From Paraspadella gotoi (taxonomy: Eukaryota; Animalia; Chaetognatha), in assembly GCA_051294375.1 (NCBI GenBank), contig JBJCIZ010000028.1:202100-266099 (forward strand): a stretch of 64,000 nt of DNA, given 5' to 3'. Made by a program: the position numbers and the translations under genes. The notes beneath the pieces are model-generated. The model was not told the origin of the DNA. It made no database searches and saw only the letters and a list, made by a program, of their open reading frames with translations. Below are positions 50,913 through 63,606 of the stretch, piece after piece. The first letter of the stretch is position 1, and every line of letters starts with the position of its first letter.

Positions 50913-51157
50913 CTCCTATCCTGGAACCATTTCTTCCTCGTCTCTCCAACCGCGATGCTCTTCAACCGGAAATCGCTGCTCAACCAAACCGGAGTCTCGG
51001 CCGAAGAGCAAGAGAAAGAGATTCCGGAGCCGGAAAGGACGACGGCCGAGACGGGAGACTCGCCGGAGGATGGGAGGCCGAGAGACTTGCCGGAAATTAG
51101 GACGAAAATCGGCGGGAGGATGAGAAGAGAAAGAAGGAGATTAGCCGAGAGAATCAT
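50913..51157 (-). CDS. Variable first exon, intact, WF class: MILSANLLLS...SFSCSSAETPVWLSS...SIAVGETRKKWFQDRR
   Basis: AG|GTTTGT donor; 245 nt. Confidence 0.87.
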
Positions 51158-51686
51158 GGCGACCGGAAAAGGTTTAGGATTTATAGCAGGTAAGATTTGG
51201 GAGACGAGATTTATTAGATTTGCGATTTATAATTTATTTTTCGAAACGTGATTTTCTTAGTGAAAGAAAAGAAAGAGGGTTGATAAAGAATTTTGAAAGG
51301 CCGAAGTAACTCGTAGAGACGACAAGCGGGAATCGGCGGAACGAAGGGCGGGAGCGAACAAAAGACGTCCCGAAAGTTGTAATTTTCGGAGAATTGCTTT
51401 TGCTTTTACTCGTATTTACACCAAACATATGAGAAAAGTCGGCCTAAAACTTTGTAACTTATATTTTTCAAGTCTAACCGAAGCAAACAAATCATGAGTC
51501 TAACGAAAATTTAGTTTGATAGTATGATTAGAATACTTAAATAAAATCGAAAAAAGTAGAATAGAAAAGAAAAAGAAAAGATAAGAAAAAGAAATAACAA
51601 TCCCTAGAAAAACATTCCCAACGGCATCTCTCAATCTCGAATTTTGTAAACGGACATCGGCATCTCCCTTTCAGACTTTTTGGCAC

Positions 51687-52009
51687 CTGTCGTCCTTGAA
51701 TCTCGGCATCTTCTCGACCCCGACGGCGACGACCTGCATCTCCTCCTGTCCGTCTGTCTTTTTCTGCCAAATCGGACTCCGCGAAGAGACGCAACGAAAA
51801 ATCGCGTTGGCGCCGGAGACGACGATTGCAGAGCCGGATGCAGAGCCGGACGCGGCGCCGGATTCAGCGCCGCTTCCGGTGTTGGACTGCGCCGCGGTGG
51901 CTAGACTATTCGAGGCCGCCACAAGTAAAATCATCCAACTGAGTTTGTGGATCAGTTTGAACGATTTGGCTCGTTTGCTCGAGACTGGACGACGAAGGTC
52001 CATTTTCAT
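51687..52009 (-). CDS. Variable first exon, intact, long Gly/Ser/Ala linker: MKMDLRR...IFRCVSSRSPIWQKK...VVAVGVEKMPRFKDDR
   Basis: AG|GTGCCA donor; 323 nt; upstream element divergent. Confidence 0.85.
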
Positions 52010-52439
52010 TTGTTATTTTTTTTATTTTATTAAAATTTTAGTAACTTTAATATTTTATTAAGTTCAATAATTTAAAATTGTGGCGACGAGACCTTTCAAG
52101 AGAGACATGAAGAAAGGCATCCGAGAGTGCGTTGAATAATTGAAAACAGACTCCTCGCGCCTTCTATCGAGTAAGACAATAATCATCACAAACAAAAGGT
52201 AATTCGCTTTAAAGAGTTATAATTTTGAATGAAAACTTTTACTAATCGATTTATTCATTTATTCTTTTATCAATTTAATAGATGCAATTTTTTTTTTCAT
52301 TCAATCCGGAATTCACTGATTTTTAATAGGACATGAATACTACTAAACAACAGTAATTAACACTTATTCCGATTTTCAAAAACGCCGGGTAAACAACCAC
52401 ATCGATTCCGTCTGAGAAGTGAATAACTTTTAAACTTAC

Positions 52440-52568
52440 CTTTGATCCTGAAACCAAGACTTTCTTCTGTCACCGTAAGCGATGCTACGAACTTGATCGC
52501 CGAATCTTAACCAAGTCGGCGGATCGGATGACGAACATGAAAAAATCGACGATGAACCCGAAGTTACG

Positions 52569-52606
<38 letters not shown>

Positions 52607-52663
52607 AACCGACAATCGAATAAAGATTAAAATTAACGTGAACGACTTGAGTTGATGCATCAT
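52440..52663 (-). CDS. Variable first exon, intact, WF class: MMHQLKSFTLI...IFSCSSSDPPTWLRF...SIAYGDRRKSWFQDQR
   Basis: AG|GTAAGT donor; 224 nt. Confidence 0.9.
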
Positions 52664-53346
52664 TTTTAGCGGAAAATTGGGAGATTAATCGAGGAATTGC
52701 GATGGAGACAAATAGAGATTATTTAAAAATATTTATTTAGAATTAGTCTAATTCTCTTTTTAAAAAAAGATGTTTTATCATCCGTGATGATGACGACTAA
52801 ACAATTCTTGAGAAAAATGAGAAGCAACTTCCGAGAGTTGGGAGAAAAATAGAAAACGGACTACTAGCGCCACTGTGAGAGTTTTACGGCCTATCGCTAA
52901 CAAAAGGACAATCGATTCGGGAAGGAATGATTCTCATCGCATGAAAATCCAAGATGACAGAATGACGACTTTATAGAACACAATGCTTTCCATTGATTNN
53001 NNNNNNNNNNNNNNNNNNNNNNNTTATTAAATTTGGTGCACTTTTATATTCTTTTGTTAGAAATTGATTGTGAGTATTATTTTAATTTCTCTTATTTAAA
53101 ATCAACTATAGCGAATCAGAAATGATTGGGACGTTCGTGTTTCAGGAAAATATGAAACTTTTTCAACTTATTTGGAGACTATTATGACGAGCCATTCCAA
53201 GTAGGCTAAAAAAATAAGACGAAAATTAAATAGTAACAAAAATTAATAATCATTTAATGATCAATTAATTAAAAGAAACAAAAATAAGAATTTCGAAGAA
53301 CGTCCACATTTGCCGTAGACTCAATTTTCTCGCATCAAAACTTTAC

Positions 53347-53600
53347 CCTTGGTCCCTGGAACCAGGATTTTCTCACGACCCAGATGGCGATGCTTCGAAC
53401 TTGGATCGCCGACGCTCAACATATCGGTTTGGAGCTGACGAAGAACATTTTGAAAAAAGTCGCCGCACGAACCCGAAGTTACGGACGACGACGACCCCAC
53501 GACGACGACGACGCACGACGACGGACGAAGAACAAAGACGAATGTATCAACAATGCGAAAGCCCAAATAAAAGGGAAAAATGTTAAAAATCCATTGATTA
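53347..53600 (-). pseudogene. Noisy variable exon, paralogue of the 52440 cassette
   Basis: SSSSVTSGS motif, GTAAAG donor, upstream element 53682; multiple indels; start approximate. Confidence 0.6.
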
Positions 53601-53892
53601 AACAAAAACTTATTTTGATGAAAAGATATGGAATGAAGAGAGAAGAAGCTCGATGGAAAGAGATTTACAAAGAAGGGGAACGACCGCTAGAGACGTTTCG
53701 CGGGGGAAAATGAAGAAACTCGATAGTTTGAAAACAAGGTTAAGCGTCCGAAGGAACGGTTTAATTTTTGCATATGAAGGAAAATTGTAAATTTATTTTA
53801 TTTAGCTTGTGTAGCTTTAGAAAACGCTGTGTAACCGCGAGAATTGATGGCAGAGAAAAGAGAGTTGTGCAGAAAGGAAGAAAGAAGAAGCA

Positions 53893-53936
<44 letters not shown>

Positions 53937-54165
53937 GAGAGGAGCAGATGAGGGAGAGGAGATGAAGAGAGGAGATGAGGAGAGAGAGAAGAGAGAGAGA
54001 GAGCAAGAAAATTTAAACCAATCCTTGGCGAATTCATAATCAAGAAATTTTTAGAATAATTTCGCATGTTAACCAAATAAAAAAGAAATTCGCGTTCCAT
54101 GCAATTATTTGCTTCTTATCTGCATAACTGCATCCGCCCTTCTGGATATCACTTCAAATTTGCAC

Positions 54166-54420
54166 CTGTCATCCTTAAATCTCGGCATCCGCCTGTTCAC
54201 CCATGGCGATGCCTTGCATCTCCTTGAGATTCCCCGTCTTTCGCTGCCACAGAGGCGTTTTGCCTTCGACTCGGCAGGTGAACGAATTATTTTGGATCGA
54301 GAGTCGACAAGTTTACGTCGGCCAGAATCGGCTCAGCGTCGGCGGCGGAGAAGGAAAAGGATTGAGGAATGAAGGCGAGGAGGCAGAGGAGAGACGAAAG
54401 TTAGAGAGAGAGTGGAGCAT
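54166..54420 (-). pseudogene. Noisy variable exon ending ...GIAMG...RMPRFKDDR
   Basis: AG|GTGCAA donor; resembles the 63365 cassette; indels. Confidence 0.65.
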
Positions 54421-55088
54421 TTTTTAAGCGATTCTATTCGTATTTCGGACGTGTTTTGTTCCAAAGAGGAAAAATTGCAGAAAGAAAATTAAAGATAAGT
54501 CATCGGCCGGAACGAGAAAACCAGTAAGAGACACCAAGCGGGAAGAAAAATAAACAAAGGCTAAGTGAGAGTCGCTTTTAAGACAACAGATGTTATTAGC
54601 GACGTGAGGAGTTTAGTAGTTACGTTAGAGATTCTTATCCACAGAGTGACCCCAAAAAAAAAACAAATTCATTTTTTATTTGTGGCTAATTTTTCGAATC
54701 CTTTACAGTGTAAAGAACTTAAATTATTTTTAATATCAGGAATTTGAAAAACGAATAACTTGAGAATAAATTAAAAATTGTTCTAAAGAATCGTCTCGTA
54801 AATTGCATTGGAAAAAAACATTTTCAAATTTCTGTCGTTTATTTACGTGAATAAGGAAAGTAAAAGATGAAAGGACAGGAAAAGAGAAAAAGAAAAAAAA
54901 AGGGGAGATAGAGACAGGAAGAGCGATTGGCGCTGGAGAGTGAAGGATATTCCCTAACTTTCTGCGCCCAAGAAAAAAGCGACCAAAGGATTGAAAGGAG
55001 GTCATCAAATTAAAAAATGTCATTTGCAAAATTCCGAGATCTTCAAGTGTAACCGCATCTCTTAAATAATGGAAAACCCAGTCAAAAC

Positions 55089-55317
55089 CTGTCATCTTCG
55101 AATCTGCGTTCATCTTTTTGATTCCGAACGCCATCCCGTTCAAATCCTCATTTCCCGGAATTTTTTAAAGGAGCCACATCGGAGTCACGTTGTGAATTTG
55201 GCCAAGAAAACTGCAATGCGCGATCCAATGGTTAGCGATTCGATTCGCCGTTGCAACGAAGGATCAAAGTCAAGTCTGCGTCAGAAATAACAAGGGACGA
55301 GAAAAAAAAACTTTACT
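55089..55317 (-). pseudogene. Noisy duplicate of the variable exon at 56953-57033 (NGDRI subfamily)
   Basis: PMWLL...GMAFG...KM motifs across frames; AG|GTTTTG donor. Confidence 0.6.
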
Positions 55318-55955
55318 TTTTGACGATTTTCTAATTGTTGTTTTGTAAGATCTTTATTGCGCATAATGGCTTTCTTTAACGATGGAAGTTTTGGAAAACG
55401 ACGAACCCGAAAGGACTGGAAAAAGGGACTACTGAGGGACACCTCGAGTTAAAAAAGCAAGAGAATCACGCATTTTTGAAAACAAAAGACAATCGTTCTT
55501 GAAATACCCTAATGCATGCTTAAATTACTGAGTTCCTGGAAATCTAAATTTTCTGATTCATACTTAATTGTATTACTGCTTTTATCTCTGTTATCCGCTT
55601 TTGTGTTTTTATAAAACCACTGTGGCCCGATGGTTCCTCGGACCCGCATGTATGAATAAATGACAAATACAATACATACAATTCCTATGAGAGATACATT
55701 AAAAAATCTGAACACTTCGATAATGGTAGCGTCAACCTTTTTCACGAGATATATTTTATGGTTTAAAAGGTTTTCTCGCTTTCAAATTTTGCCAAAATTT
55801 TACGAACCGGCAATAAAACTTTCAATTTAATTTGATGTGATAAACTCGGCGCATCTCTCCTTAATATTTAGTAATTTTAGTTATTTCTTTTTGAGATTGT
55901 TTAAAAATAAATAATTAAGATATCCTAGCGTACCGAGAGAGAGAGAGAGAGAAGG

Positions 55956-55991
<36 letters not shown>

Positions 55992-56952
55992 AGAAACGAG
56001 AAGAGAGAGAGAGAACATTTTGCGACAAAACTAGGGATGGACCAATTGACCTAGTTGTCATTCAAAATCATGAGAAACCAAAAAAAGTTTTGATTATGAA
56101 AAAGGCGACAGTATTTTTCCCCGCACCATGGAAAAAGATCTCTCTCTAATTGAGAAAGAAAATTAAAGATAAGTCATCGGCCGAACGAGAAAAACCAGTA
56201 GAGACACCAAGCGGGAAGAAAAATAAACAAAAGGCTAAGTAGAGTCGCTATTTAAGACAACAGATGTTATTAGCGACGTGAGAGTAGTAGTTACGTAGAG
56301 ATTCTTTCACAGAGTGACCCCAAAAAAAAACAAATCATTTTTATTTGTGGTAATTTTTCGAATCCTTTACAGTAAAGAACTTAAATTTTATTTTTAATAT
56401 CAGGAATTGAAAAAGCGAATACTTTGAGAATAAAATTAAAAATTGTTCTAAGAATCGTTCGTAAATGATTGGAAAAAAAACATTTTCAAATCTGTCGTTT
56501 ATTACGTGAATAAGGAAAGTAAAGAGAAAGGAAGGAAAAGAGAAAAAGAAAAAAAAAGGGAGATAGAGACAGAGAGCGATGGCGCTGGAGAGTGAAGGAT
56601 ATTCCCTAACTTCTGCGCCAAGAAAAAAGACCAAAGATGAAGAGGTCATCAAATAAAAAATGTCATTTGCCAAATCCGAGATCTTCAAGTGTAACCCATC
56701 TCTAAATAATGAAAACCCNNNNNNNNNNNNNNNNNNNNNNNNNNNNNNNNNNNNNNNNNNNNNNNNNNNNNNNNNNNNNNNNNNNNNNNNNNNNNNNNNN
56801 NNNNNNNNNNNNNNNNNNNNNNNNNNNNNNNNNNNNNNNNNNNNNNNNNNNNNNNNNNNNNNNNNNNNNNNNNNNNNNNNNNNNNNNNNNNNNNNNNNNN
56901 NNNNNNNNNNNNNNNNNNNNNNNNNNNNNNNNNNNNNNNNNNNNNNNNNNNN

Positions 56953-57033
56953 AATGGTAGCGATTCGATCGCCGTTGCAACGAAGGATCAAAGTCAAGTC
57001 GGTCAGAATAACAAGGACGAGAAAAAACTTCAT
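56953..57033 (-). CDS. Partial variable exon, 3' end in gap: MKFFLVLVILTDLTLILRCNGDRIATI
   Basis: Signal peptide similar to the 59219 and 60844 cassettes; upstream element near 57133. Confidence 0.75.
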
Positions 57034-59218
57034 TTTGACGATTTTCTAATTGTTGTTTTGTAAGATCTTTATTGGCATAATGGCTTTAACGATGGAAGTT
57101 TGGAAAACGACGAACCCAAATGGACTGAAAAGACTACTGAGGACACCTCGAGTAAAAAGAAGAGAATCACGCATTTTGAAAACAAAAGACAATCGTCTTG
57201 AAATGACCCTATTCCTATGAGAATAATTAAAAAACTGAAACACTTCGATAACGTCAACCTTTTTCACGAGATATATTTTATGGTTAAAAGGTTTTTCTCG
57301 TTCAAATTTTTGCCAAAATTTACGAACCGGCAATAAACNNNNNNNNNNNNNNNNNNNNNNNNNTACTGCTGTGATAGAAGATTAAGCTCATTGAAGAGAA
57401 CTCTAAGAGAAGATGAAAAACCAGTCAAACCTGAGCTATCGATCTAAGTATTCTCAGCTTTGAGATGTAGTCTCATAAAACGTTCTCGATAATCTAATCT
57501 GTTCGAGAACTATACTCATATCCCAATCAATGAACTACTGTGTGTGTTATATTATAAGATTTAACCACATTCGATTTAATCAGCGTTTCTTGTAACGATT
57601 GGTTGTGCACAGGCAAATACCTGACAATTGCGGTGATTCATTCAATTGGTAGCGGGACGTGGCCTGATGTCTCCATGATCGAGTGCCGTGAGTATTGGCA
57701 AGCGACACATGGATCAGAGATGTCAAGGCTCGGATATCGATGTCCAAATTAAACAAGGACGAGAAAAACAACTATCGATTATCGATGGAGCATCTTGATG
57801 TGTTCTCTTGTGTTGCTTGTTTGGCTCAGCTCTATGTCTTAATTTCTACTATATAACGTCTATTTACAGGTTGTGTGATCTTTTAAATGAGGTGCTCATA
57901 TAGCTTCTTGTTATGATAGCGTGCGTAAGTAATTTTATTAAGAATGGCATAATTGAAAATATTAGTGAACGGAAGCAATATTGAAACGGAACGTGGGAAG
58001 TAATCTCGAACGAAATAACGACGAACCGCAACTCGGAGGAGATACCACCGGTATAGCATAGAACTACTGGAGTTAGTGAGAACAAGTCACACTCGTTGAA
58101 ATGAAGTATTAAGAGTCTATTAGATAATATCAAATCATTTTACTGAGTGGAAAGAACACACAACAGCCGCATCTTAGGTCCGGTGTCGGGACGCGGCGTC
58201 AGCATGTACTTGCAAGATGTCACTGGTGTCAGCGTAGCGCTCTATATGGAAATTATGAGCCTTCATATTATTCCCTAATTAAGTATAATCGAGATTAAAG
58301 GGTCTTAAGGACTTCAATGAGTATCACGGAATGCGAGAGAGGATGACAGTATAGCGGGCAGAAGTCGTGACGCTCACTAGTTACAATCGAGCACTTAGTT
58401 TTAACCAATGAAGATGTATTACAATAAAATAATGGTTAGCAAACAAGATTTAGACTGACGAAAAGAGCGGAATGATTCTCCTTAACTCTAATACTTAGAT
58501 ATTTATTACCATTTGTTATTCATTAAGATTTTATTAAAATATAATAGTTATTAACAGGTTCTAAATACTTAGTGTTATTGCATTGCTCTGCGCTATGTGG
58601 AGCACTTGAGTTAATCGGTAGATAAATGTTATTCTACGTTTCGAAATTCGCTTTCATGATCCATAATATAAGACAAAGAGCTAACATTATCGAATGACGT
58701 TATTTCGTTATCAAGTAATGTATGTTTTCTGGTTAAATAATGAAAGTTAGTTTTATCTTTCAGATTCTCCATCGAGATTTCCAAAGAATCCAATTAGCGT
58801 GCCGGAGGAGAGAGAGGAGGAGGAGAGGGAGAGAAGAGAGATAGGAGAGGAGTAGAGAGAAGAGGAGGAGAGAGACGAGAGAGAGAGATGAGAGTGACCG
58901 GAACCGTAAATTTATGGCCTAATTAATTATAGGCGCAAAAAACTAAGGTTGTTAAAATGAATTTCAAACCAAGAAACCAACAACAATCAAAACACTGTGA
59001 GCAGAGTTCTTGATTTTGAAAGCTTGCAGGATCGGCCTGCTATGTCAATATAAACTTAGATGAAGAGTGGTGTGAGGCCAGTGATAAAACAGAAGCAAAG
59101 CCTGTGCTAAAGGTCATGGGGCAGAGGGGCAAGTTAGCTTATTTACTATTGTACCAATTTCATATGAAGAAGGAGAGTACATGATCGAGTACACCATGAA
59201 AAGGAATTCAATTCCAAC

Positions 59219-59427
59219 CTGTTATCTTTGAATCTGGGCATTTTTTGACTCCCGATCGCCATTCCATTAGAATCCTCTGTACCGAATTTTTTAAAGAGCC
59301 ACATCGGAGTAACGTTAGAGGTGCAAGAAAACTGCAATTCGGATCCAATGGTCGCAATACGGTCTCCGTTGCAAGGAAAAATCATAGTCAAGTAGATCAG
59401 AATCACGACGGCGACAAAAATATTCAT
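59219..59427 (-). CDS. Variable first exon, intact: MNIFVAVVILI...QFSCTSNVTPMWLFK...GMAIGSQKMPRFKDNR
   Basis: AG|GTTGGA donor; 209 nt. Confidence 0.88.
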
Positions 59428-59937
59428 TTTGGTTACTTTTTTAACATGTTTGGAAGGAGACCGGTGAAACTAATGGGAAGTTTTCTTGAACGTTGAAAAC
59501 TGAAGGACTAATGAGGCACCGTCGTGCACCGAAAAAAAATGAGATGGCAGACCTTTGAACACAAAAAGGTGCAATCGTCGTTAGTTATTTTGATGCTATT
59601 TGTACAAATACTGCAATCGGAGAAATGTAGCAACGCAAAGACTAATAAATCTTCAAAACGTGCATGCACATGATTTAAGAATAATTTTTTTAAGGTAAAA
59701 AAATTGTAATTAATTAGCGCACAAACGGACAATTTTCGCTAGGAATGTTAGGAATTTCAAACTCGGAAACATTGCTTATATAATTTTTTTTATTAAATTT
59801 TATTATTAAGTGGAAGCGTGTTTTTTTTTCGATTGCACTTATGTTGACAGACTTTTGCCCGTAAATATATTGCGGAGGCGTAGTAGGAGAGAGGGGGGGA
59901 GAGAGAGTAGAGAGAGAGAGGAGAGAGAGAGAGAGAG

Positions 59938-59969
<32 letters not shown>

Positions 59970-60081
59970 GAGAGGAAGAGAGGAGAGAGGAGAAGAGATT
60001 TAAATTCTATCTCAAATACGAAATAAAAAGACTCCATAAAAAAGATAATCTCAGAATTTTTCCGCGCAAAAAATGTCTAAC

Positions 60082-60298
60082 CTGTCAATCTGTGAATCTC
60101 GGCATCTTTTTATTCGCAGACTGCCAAACCATTCGTTGCTTCTTCGCCGAATTTTTTTAAAGAACCAAATCGGCGACGACGTTTGAGGTGCAAGAAATTG
60201 CAATGTGGATGCCAATGGTACGAGATACGATGCCCGTCGCAACGAAAGAATCAAAGTCAGAGTCGATCAGAATAACTAACCACGAGAAATAATGTCAT
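60082..60298 (-). pseudogene. Noisy variable exon, NGDRI subfamily (...SSPIWFFKK...KMPRF)
   Basis: AG|GTTAGA donor; upstream element near 60379; indels. Confidence 0.62.
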
Positions 60299-60630
60299 TG
60301 TTTGTTATATTGATTATTGTTTGAAGGTATAACAAACTGATGGAAGTTTGGAAACTGAACAACTACGATATCTGAAAAGACTGCTGAGGGACACTCGCAG
60401 GAAAAAGGAAGAGATCACAGATTTTAAAAAAAAAGGCAATCGTCGGGAATGAACGCTGATAAATGCTGGCTGTGCAAGAAAGTTTAAAATATTAAAAGCA
60501 TCAAAATTATGTTTTATTTCGTCAAAAGTAATTAATGTTTCTAATAAAAGTTACTTTTTCTTTCGTTTACCACGTCCGAGATTTTTCCCAACAGAAATTA
60601 ATTCCAGCGTACGCGAGAGAGAGAGGAGAG

Positions 60631-60680
<50 letters not shown>

Positions 60681-60843
60681 AGAGAGACGAGAGAGAGAGA
60701 GAACGAAATTTTTGTCTCTCTAATTTAGGACGACCAAAGTATTAAAAGACAGAGAAGAACCGAAAAGATCCATATATACAAGCTCCAAGAAACCATCATT
60801 ATTTTCGCGCGCCAAAAATTCAAAGTCAAAGTCGAAGACTAAC

Positions 60844-61052
60844 CTGTTGTCCTTGAATCTCGGCATCTTTTGACTCCCAAATGCCATTCCATTGGTATTA
60901 TCTTCACCGGATTTTTTAAAGAACCACATTGGCGACACGTTGGAATTGCAAGAAAACTGCAATGCGGATCCAATGGTCACGATTCGATCCCCTTTGCAAC
61001 GAAGCATCAACGTGAAGTTGAGCAGAATAACAATCACGACAAAATAATTCAT
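60844..61052 (-). CDS. Variable first exon, intact: MNYFVVIVILL...QFSCNSNVSPMWFFK...GMAFGSQKMPRFKDNR
   Basis: AG|GTTAGT donor; 209 nt; upstream element 61121. Confidence 0.9.
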
Positions 61053-61620
61053 TTTGGTTTATTTTTGGAGGCGAATTTATCTATCGAAGTTTTGCAAATG
61101 AGAAACGAAAGGAATGAGAAGACTACTGAGGACACCTTGTGACGGAAAGAAAAGTATGACAGACTTCGAAAACAAAAGTCAATCGTCCTTTGTTTAATTT
61201 TTGTCTCAATTTAGTACCGTGAATTTGGATGCGTCTAGTAAAATAGTACCATATATTATTATATTATTATATTTCACAAACCTGAAAAAGCTACAATACA
61301 AACTTTTTCTCAATTTTATTTAAAAACTAATGATAAATATTTTCTAAATTTGATACTAAAAGAAATAAACGGTCGTTTTGCATTAATAATAATCAGTAGA
61401 CTTCTGCAGACGAATAAAATTACATTTGAGGTAAATAAATTTCCAACATTCCCAAATATGAATATGTTTTATTTTGAGTGAAACAGGTGTTTTCGATGAG
61501 CTTTTTAAAATATATCACTTTTAAACGTGAATAAAAACATATAAAAACAGAAACAATGAAACCAAAACAACGACAAAAAACAAAAAGAAACAACCTATCC
61601 CCCCAATCCAATTTTTAAAC

Positions 61621-61856
61621 CTGTCGTCCGTAAACCAGGACTGCCTCTTCTCTCCAAAAGCCAAAGACCGAAACTGATCAGTCGGCTTCCCTTGTCGGTT
61701 CCAAATCGGCGCGTCGGTAAAGTCGCAACGAAAAGAGACCGACGAACCGACGGCGACGGCGAAGTCTTCGCCGTTGGCGGCGAAAAACGAGGCGAAGACT
61801 TCGCCTTTGGCGGCGAAAAATACGGCGAAGACCCAAGAGCCGAAGAAGAGCGTCAT
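61621..61856 (-). CDS. Variable first exon, intact, WF class: MTLFFGSWVF...SFRCDFTDAPIWNRQ...SLAFGEKRQSWFTDDR
   Basis: AG|GTTTAA donor; 236 nt. Confidence 0.86.
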
Positions 61857-62614
61857 ATTTTAAGGAAAAGTCTTAAATTTGGCGAATTTGATTATGTTTA
61901 TCTTTTGAGAGTTGGAGAGTGGAATAGGGACGATAGGTAAGAAAAAAGACAAGTAGAGACCCCTGTGCTTCCGCTTGAAGAATTAAAAAAAAAAAAAGAG
62001 CAAGAAACTTTTTGCCCTGTAAGGGTTTTATTGTTCAAGCAAAGTTCAGACGAGAAGAAATATTTTTTTTTATCATTTTCTCATTTGTATAAAATTTATT
62101 ATTTTGCTGCAAAAACGGATGTTTCTTTGCGCGTCAAAATGAAGATATTGACAATTTTGTCATAATAAACAAAAGTTCGTTTTAAAAAAAATTATAAAAT
62201 AAAATGCCATCAACAACAACGTCAAAACAAAGATAATAAAGTTAGGCACCGAATGATAGTCCTAAAAATAGATCAAAGGAGAGATAAGTTTTAGGAATAA
62301 CCGACCGACTGATAGAAACGGACAGACAGACTTATAAAAGGACAGATAGACCGACAGACTGACTAATAAACAGACCAACAGACTGATTAATAAAAAGACT
62401 GGCAGACAGACTGATAAACAGACGGACAGACTCTTTGACATCTAGATGTCAAAAATGGGCCAGTATAATCTTGACAAGAAATTACAAATCACTTTTGCGC
62501 AATATCTTTTGTTAAATATCTTTTGTTAAATACACCCTGATAGTCAGAGGAGAAACTAAACTCTCTGAGAGACTCTTGTACGGACGTACGGACTCCATTC
62601 GCACAACTCCTCAC

Positions 62615-62862
62615 CGCGTATCTCGAAACCAGGATTTCCTTTTATCCCCGACGGCGATGCTACGCGCCACGTCGGTGACTTTTTGCCAAATCGGCGAATC
62701 GGCGGAGGAACAGGAGAAGGAAATATCGGCGCCGGAAGAAACGGCCGACGACGACGATGATGACGACGACGACGAAGATGACGACGAGATTTGTAAGATG
62801 AAAATTAGCGTCGCGATGTAAAAAAGATCGACAAAGTGATCCATGATTGATAATAATAACAT
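62615..62862 (-). CDS. Variable first exon, intact, WF class: MLLLSIMDHF...SFSCSSADSPIWQKV...SIAVGDKRKSWFRDTR
   Basis: CG|GTGAGG donor; 248 nt; upstream element 62940. Confidence 0.88.
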
Positions 62863-63364
62863 TCGTCTTTAGATACTAAATTTTGAGTCTTTTTGATTTG
62901 CAAATGAAGATTTAAATGCGACAGAATGGATAAAAAGTGGACGAGTAGAGACGCCTAGTGGAGTTTTTGAAAACTAAGAGGTTCTTTCTCTCTCTCTCTC
63001 CCAAAGCAAAGGAACAAGCGGAGAGATGTGCAAATTCCTATTATTTTTGTTTGTTTGTTTTTTATTCGAATTAACGAAATGATTGTATAATGTTGACATA
63101 ATAGGCATTTATTGATCCCATATTATTCAAATATTATTCAAATTGGGAAAATACCTGATGGGTCAACAAGAGACGGATTCGAGATAAATTAAGAGACAAT
63201 GAAGGGAAAAAAACTTTATGGACAAACAAATTTAAGATACACAATAATCTAAATCAAAGAACAATATTTTGGAAAGTTGTAACCCATGTAAGTACAGAGA
63301 GTATCAAAAAAATGATTCAAAGAAGGCACCTGTCAAGATAAAACCAAACAAAAAACAGACGCAC

Positions 63365-63606
63365 CTGTCATCCTTAAACCGCGGCATCCGCCTGACGCCC
63401 ATCGCGATGCCCTGACTGTCGTCTTGACCCGCGACTTTTCTCTGCCACAAAGGAGTTTCGGACGAAAGGCAATTGAATTCAACTCTGTCTCCCTTCGTGA
63501 TCAATTTCGTCTCGCTCTCCCTATTTGTCTCGCTCTCATTCGCGCCGCAAAGGAGGAAGAAAACGTGGAGCGAAAAAATCGCGAGCAAAAGTCGACGACG
63601 AAGCAT
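63365..63606 (-). CDS. Variable first exon, intact, most distal in window: MLRRRLLLAIF...EFNCLSSETPLWQRK...GIAMGVRRMPRFKDDR
   Basis: AG|GTGCGT donor; 242 nt; upstream element 63782. Confidence 0.88.

Larger units (their letters stand above)
54475..57338. repeat. Direct duplication of ~1.2-1.3 kb (~54475-55815 vs ~56150-57338)
   Basis: Colinear near-identity; the first copy carries extra single bases plus a ~175-nt insert. Confidence 0.85.
1..63606 (-). other. Clustered IgSF receptor gene: tandem array of alternative promoter/first-exon cassettes (signal peptide + half V-Ig) spliced to 12 shared constant exons (rest of V-Ig, 3 Ig-like domains, TM); open at the left edge, array may continue to the right
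   Basis: All 28 intact variable exons are 3n+2 nt from ATG to a GT donor splitting an Arg codon; this matches the phase-2 acceptor of constant exon 5290-5437, which completes the Ig fold; constant exons chain with consistent phases to a TM segment. Confidence 0.9.

Noticed and set aside
57364-58800. Additional cassette or mobile element in this compositionally odd stretch
   Set aside because: Only a faint match to the neighbouring cassette (acaaggacgagaaaaa near 57755); no intact motifs or transposase-like ORF; looks like low-quality gap-fill
6136-63606. Family of independent single-exon ~70-aa secreted peptides, as the ORF track suggests
   Set aside because: Similarity always stops at the same Arg, where a GT donor sits; the stops are just the intron's GTAA/GTAG/GTGA or later drift, and the missing half domain is in exon 5290-5437
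6140-63606. V(D)J-type somatic rearrangement array
   Set aside because: No conserved CACAGTG/ACAAAAACC signal follows the exons; they end in splice donors, and the AAACAAAAG box lies upstream of the ATG
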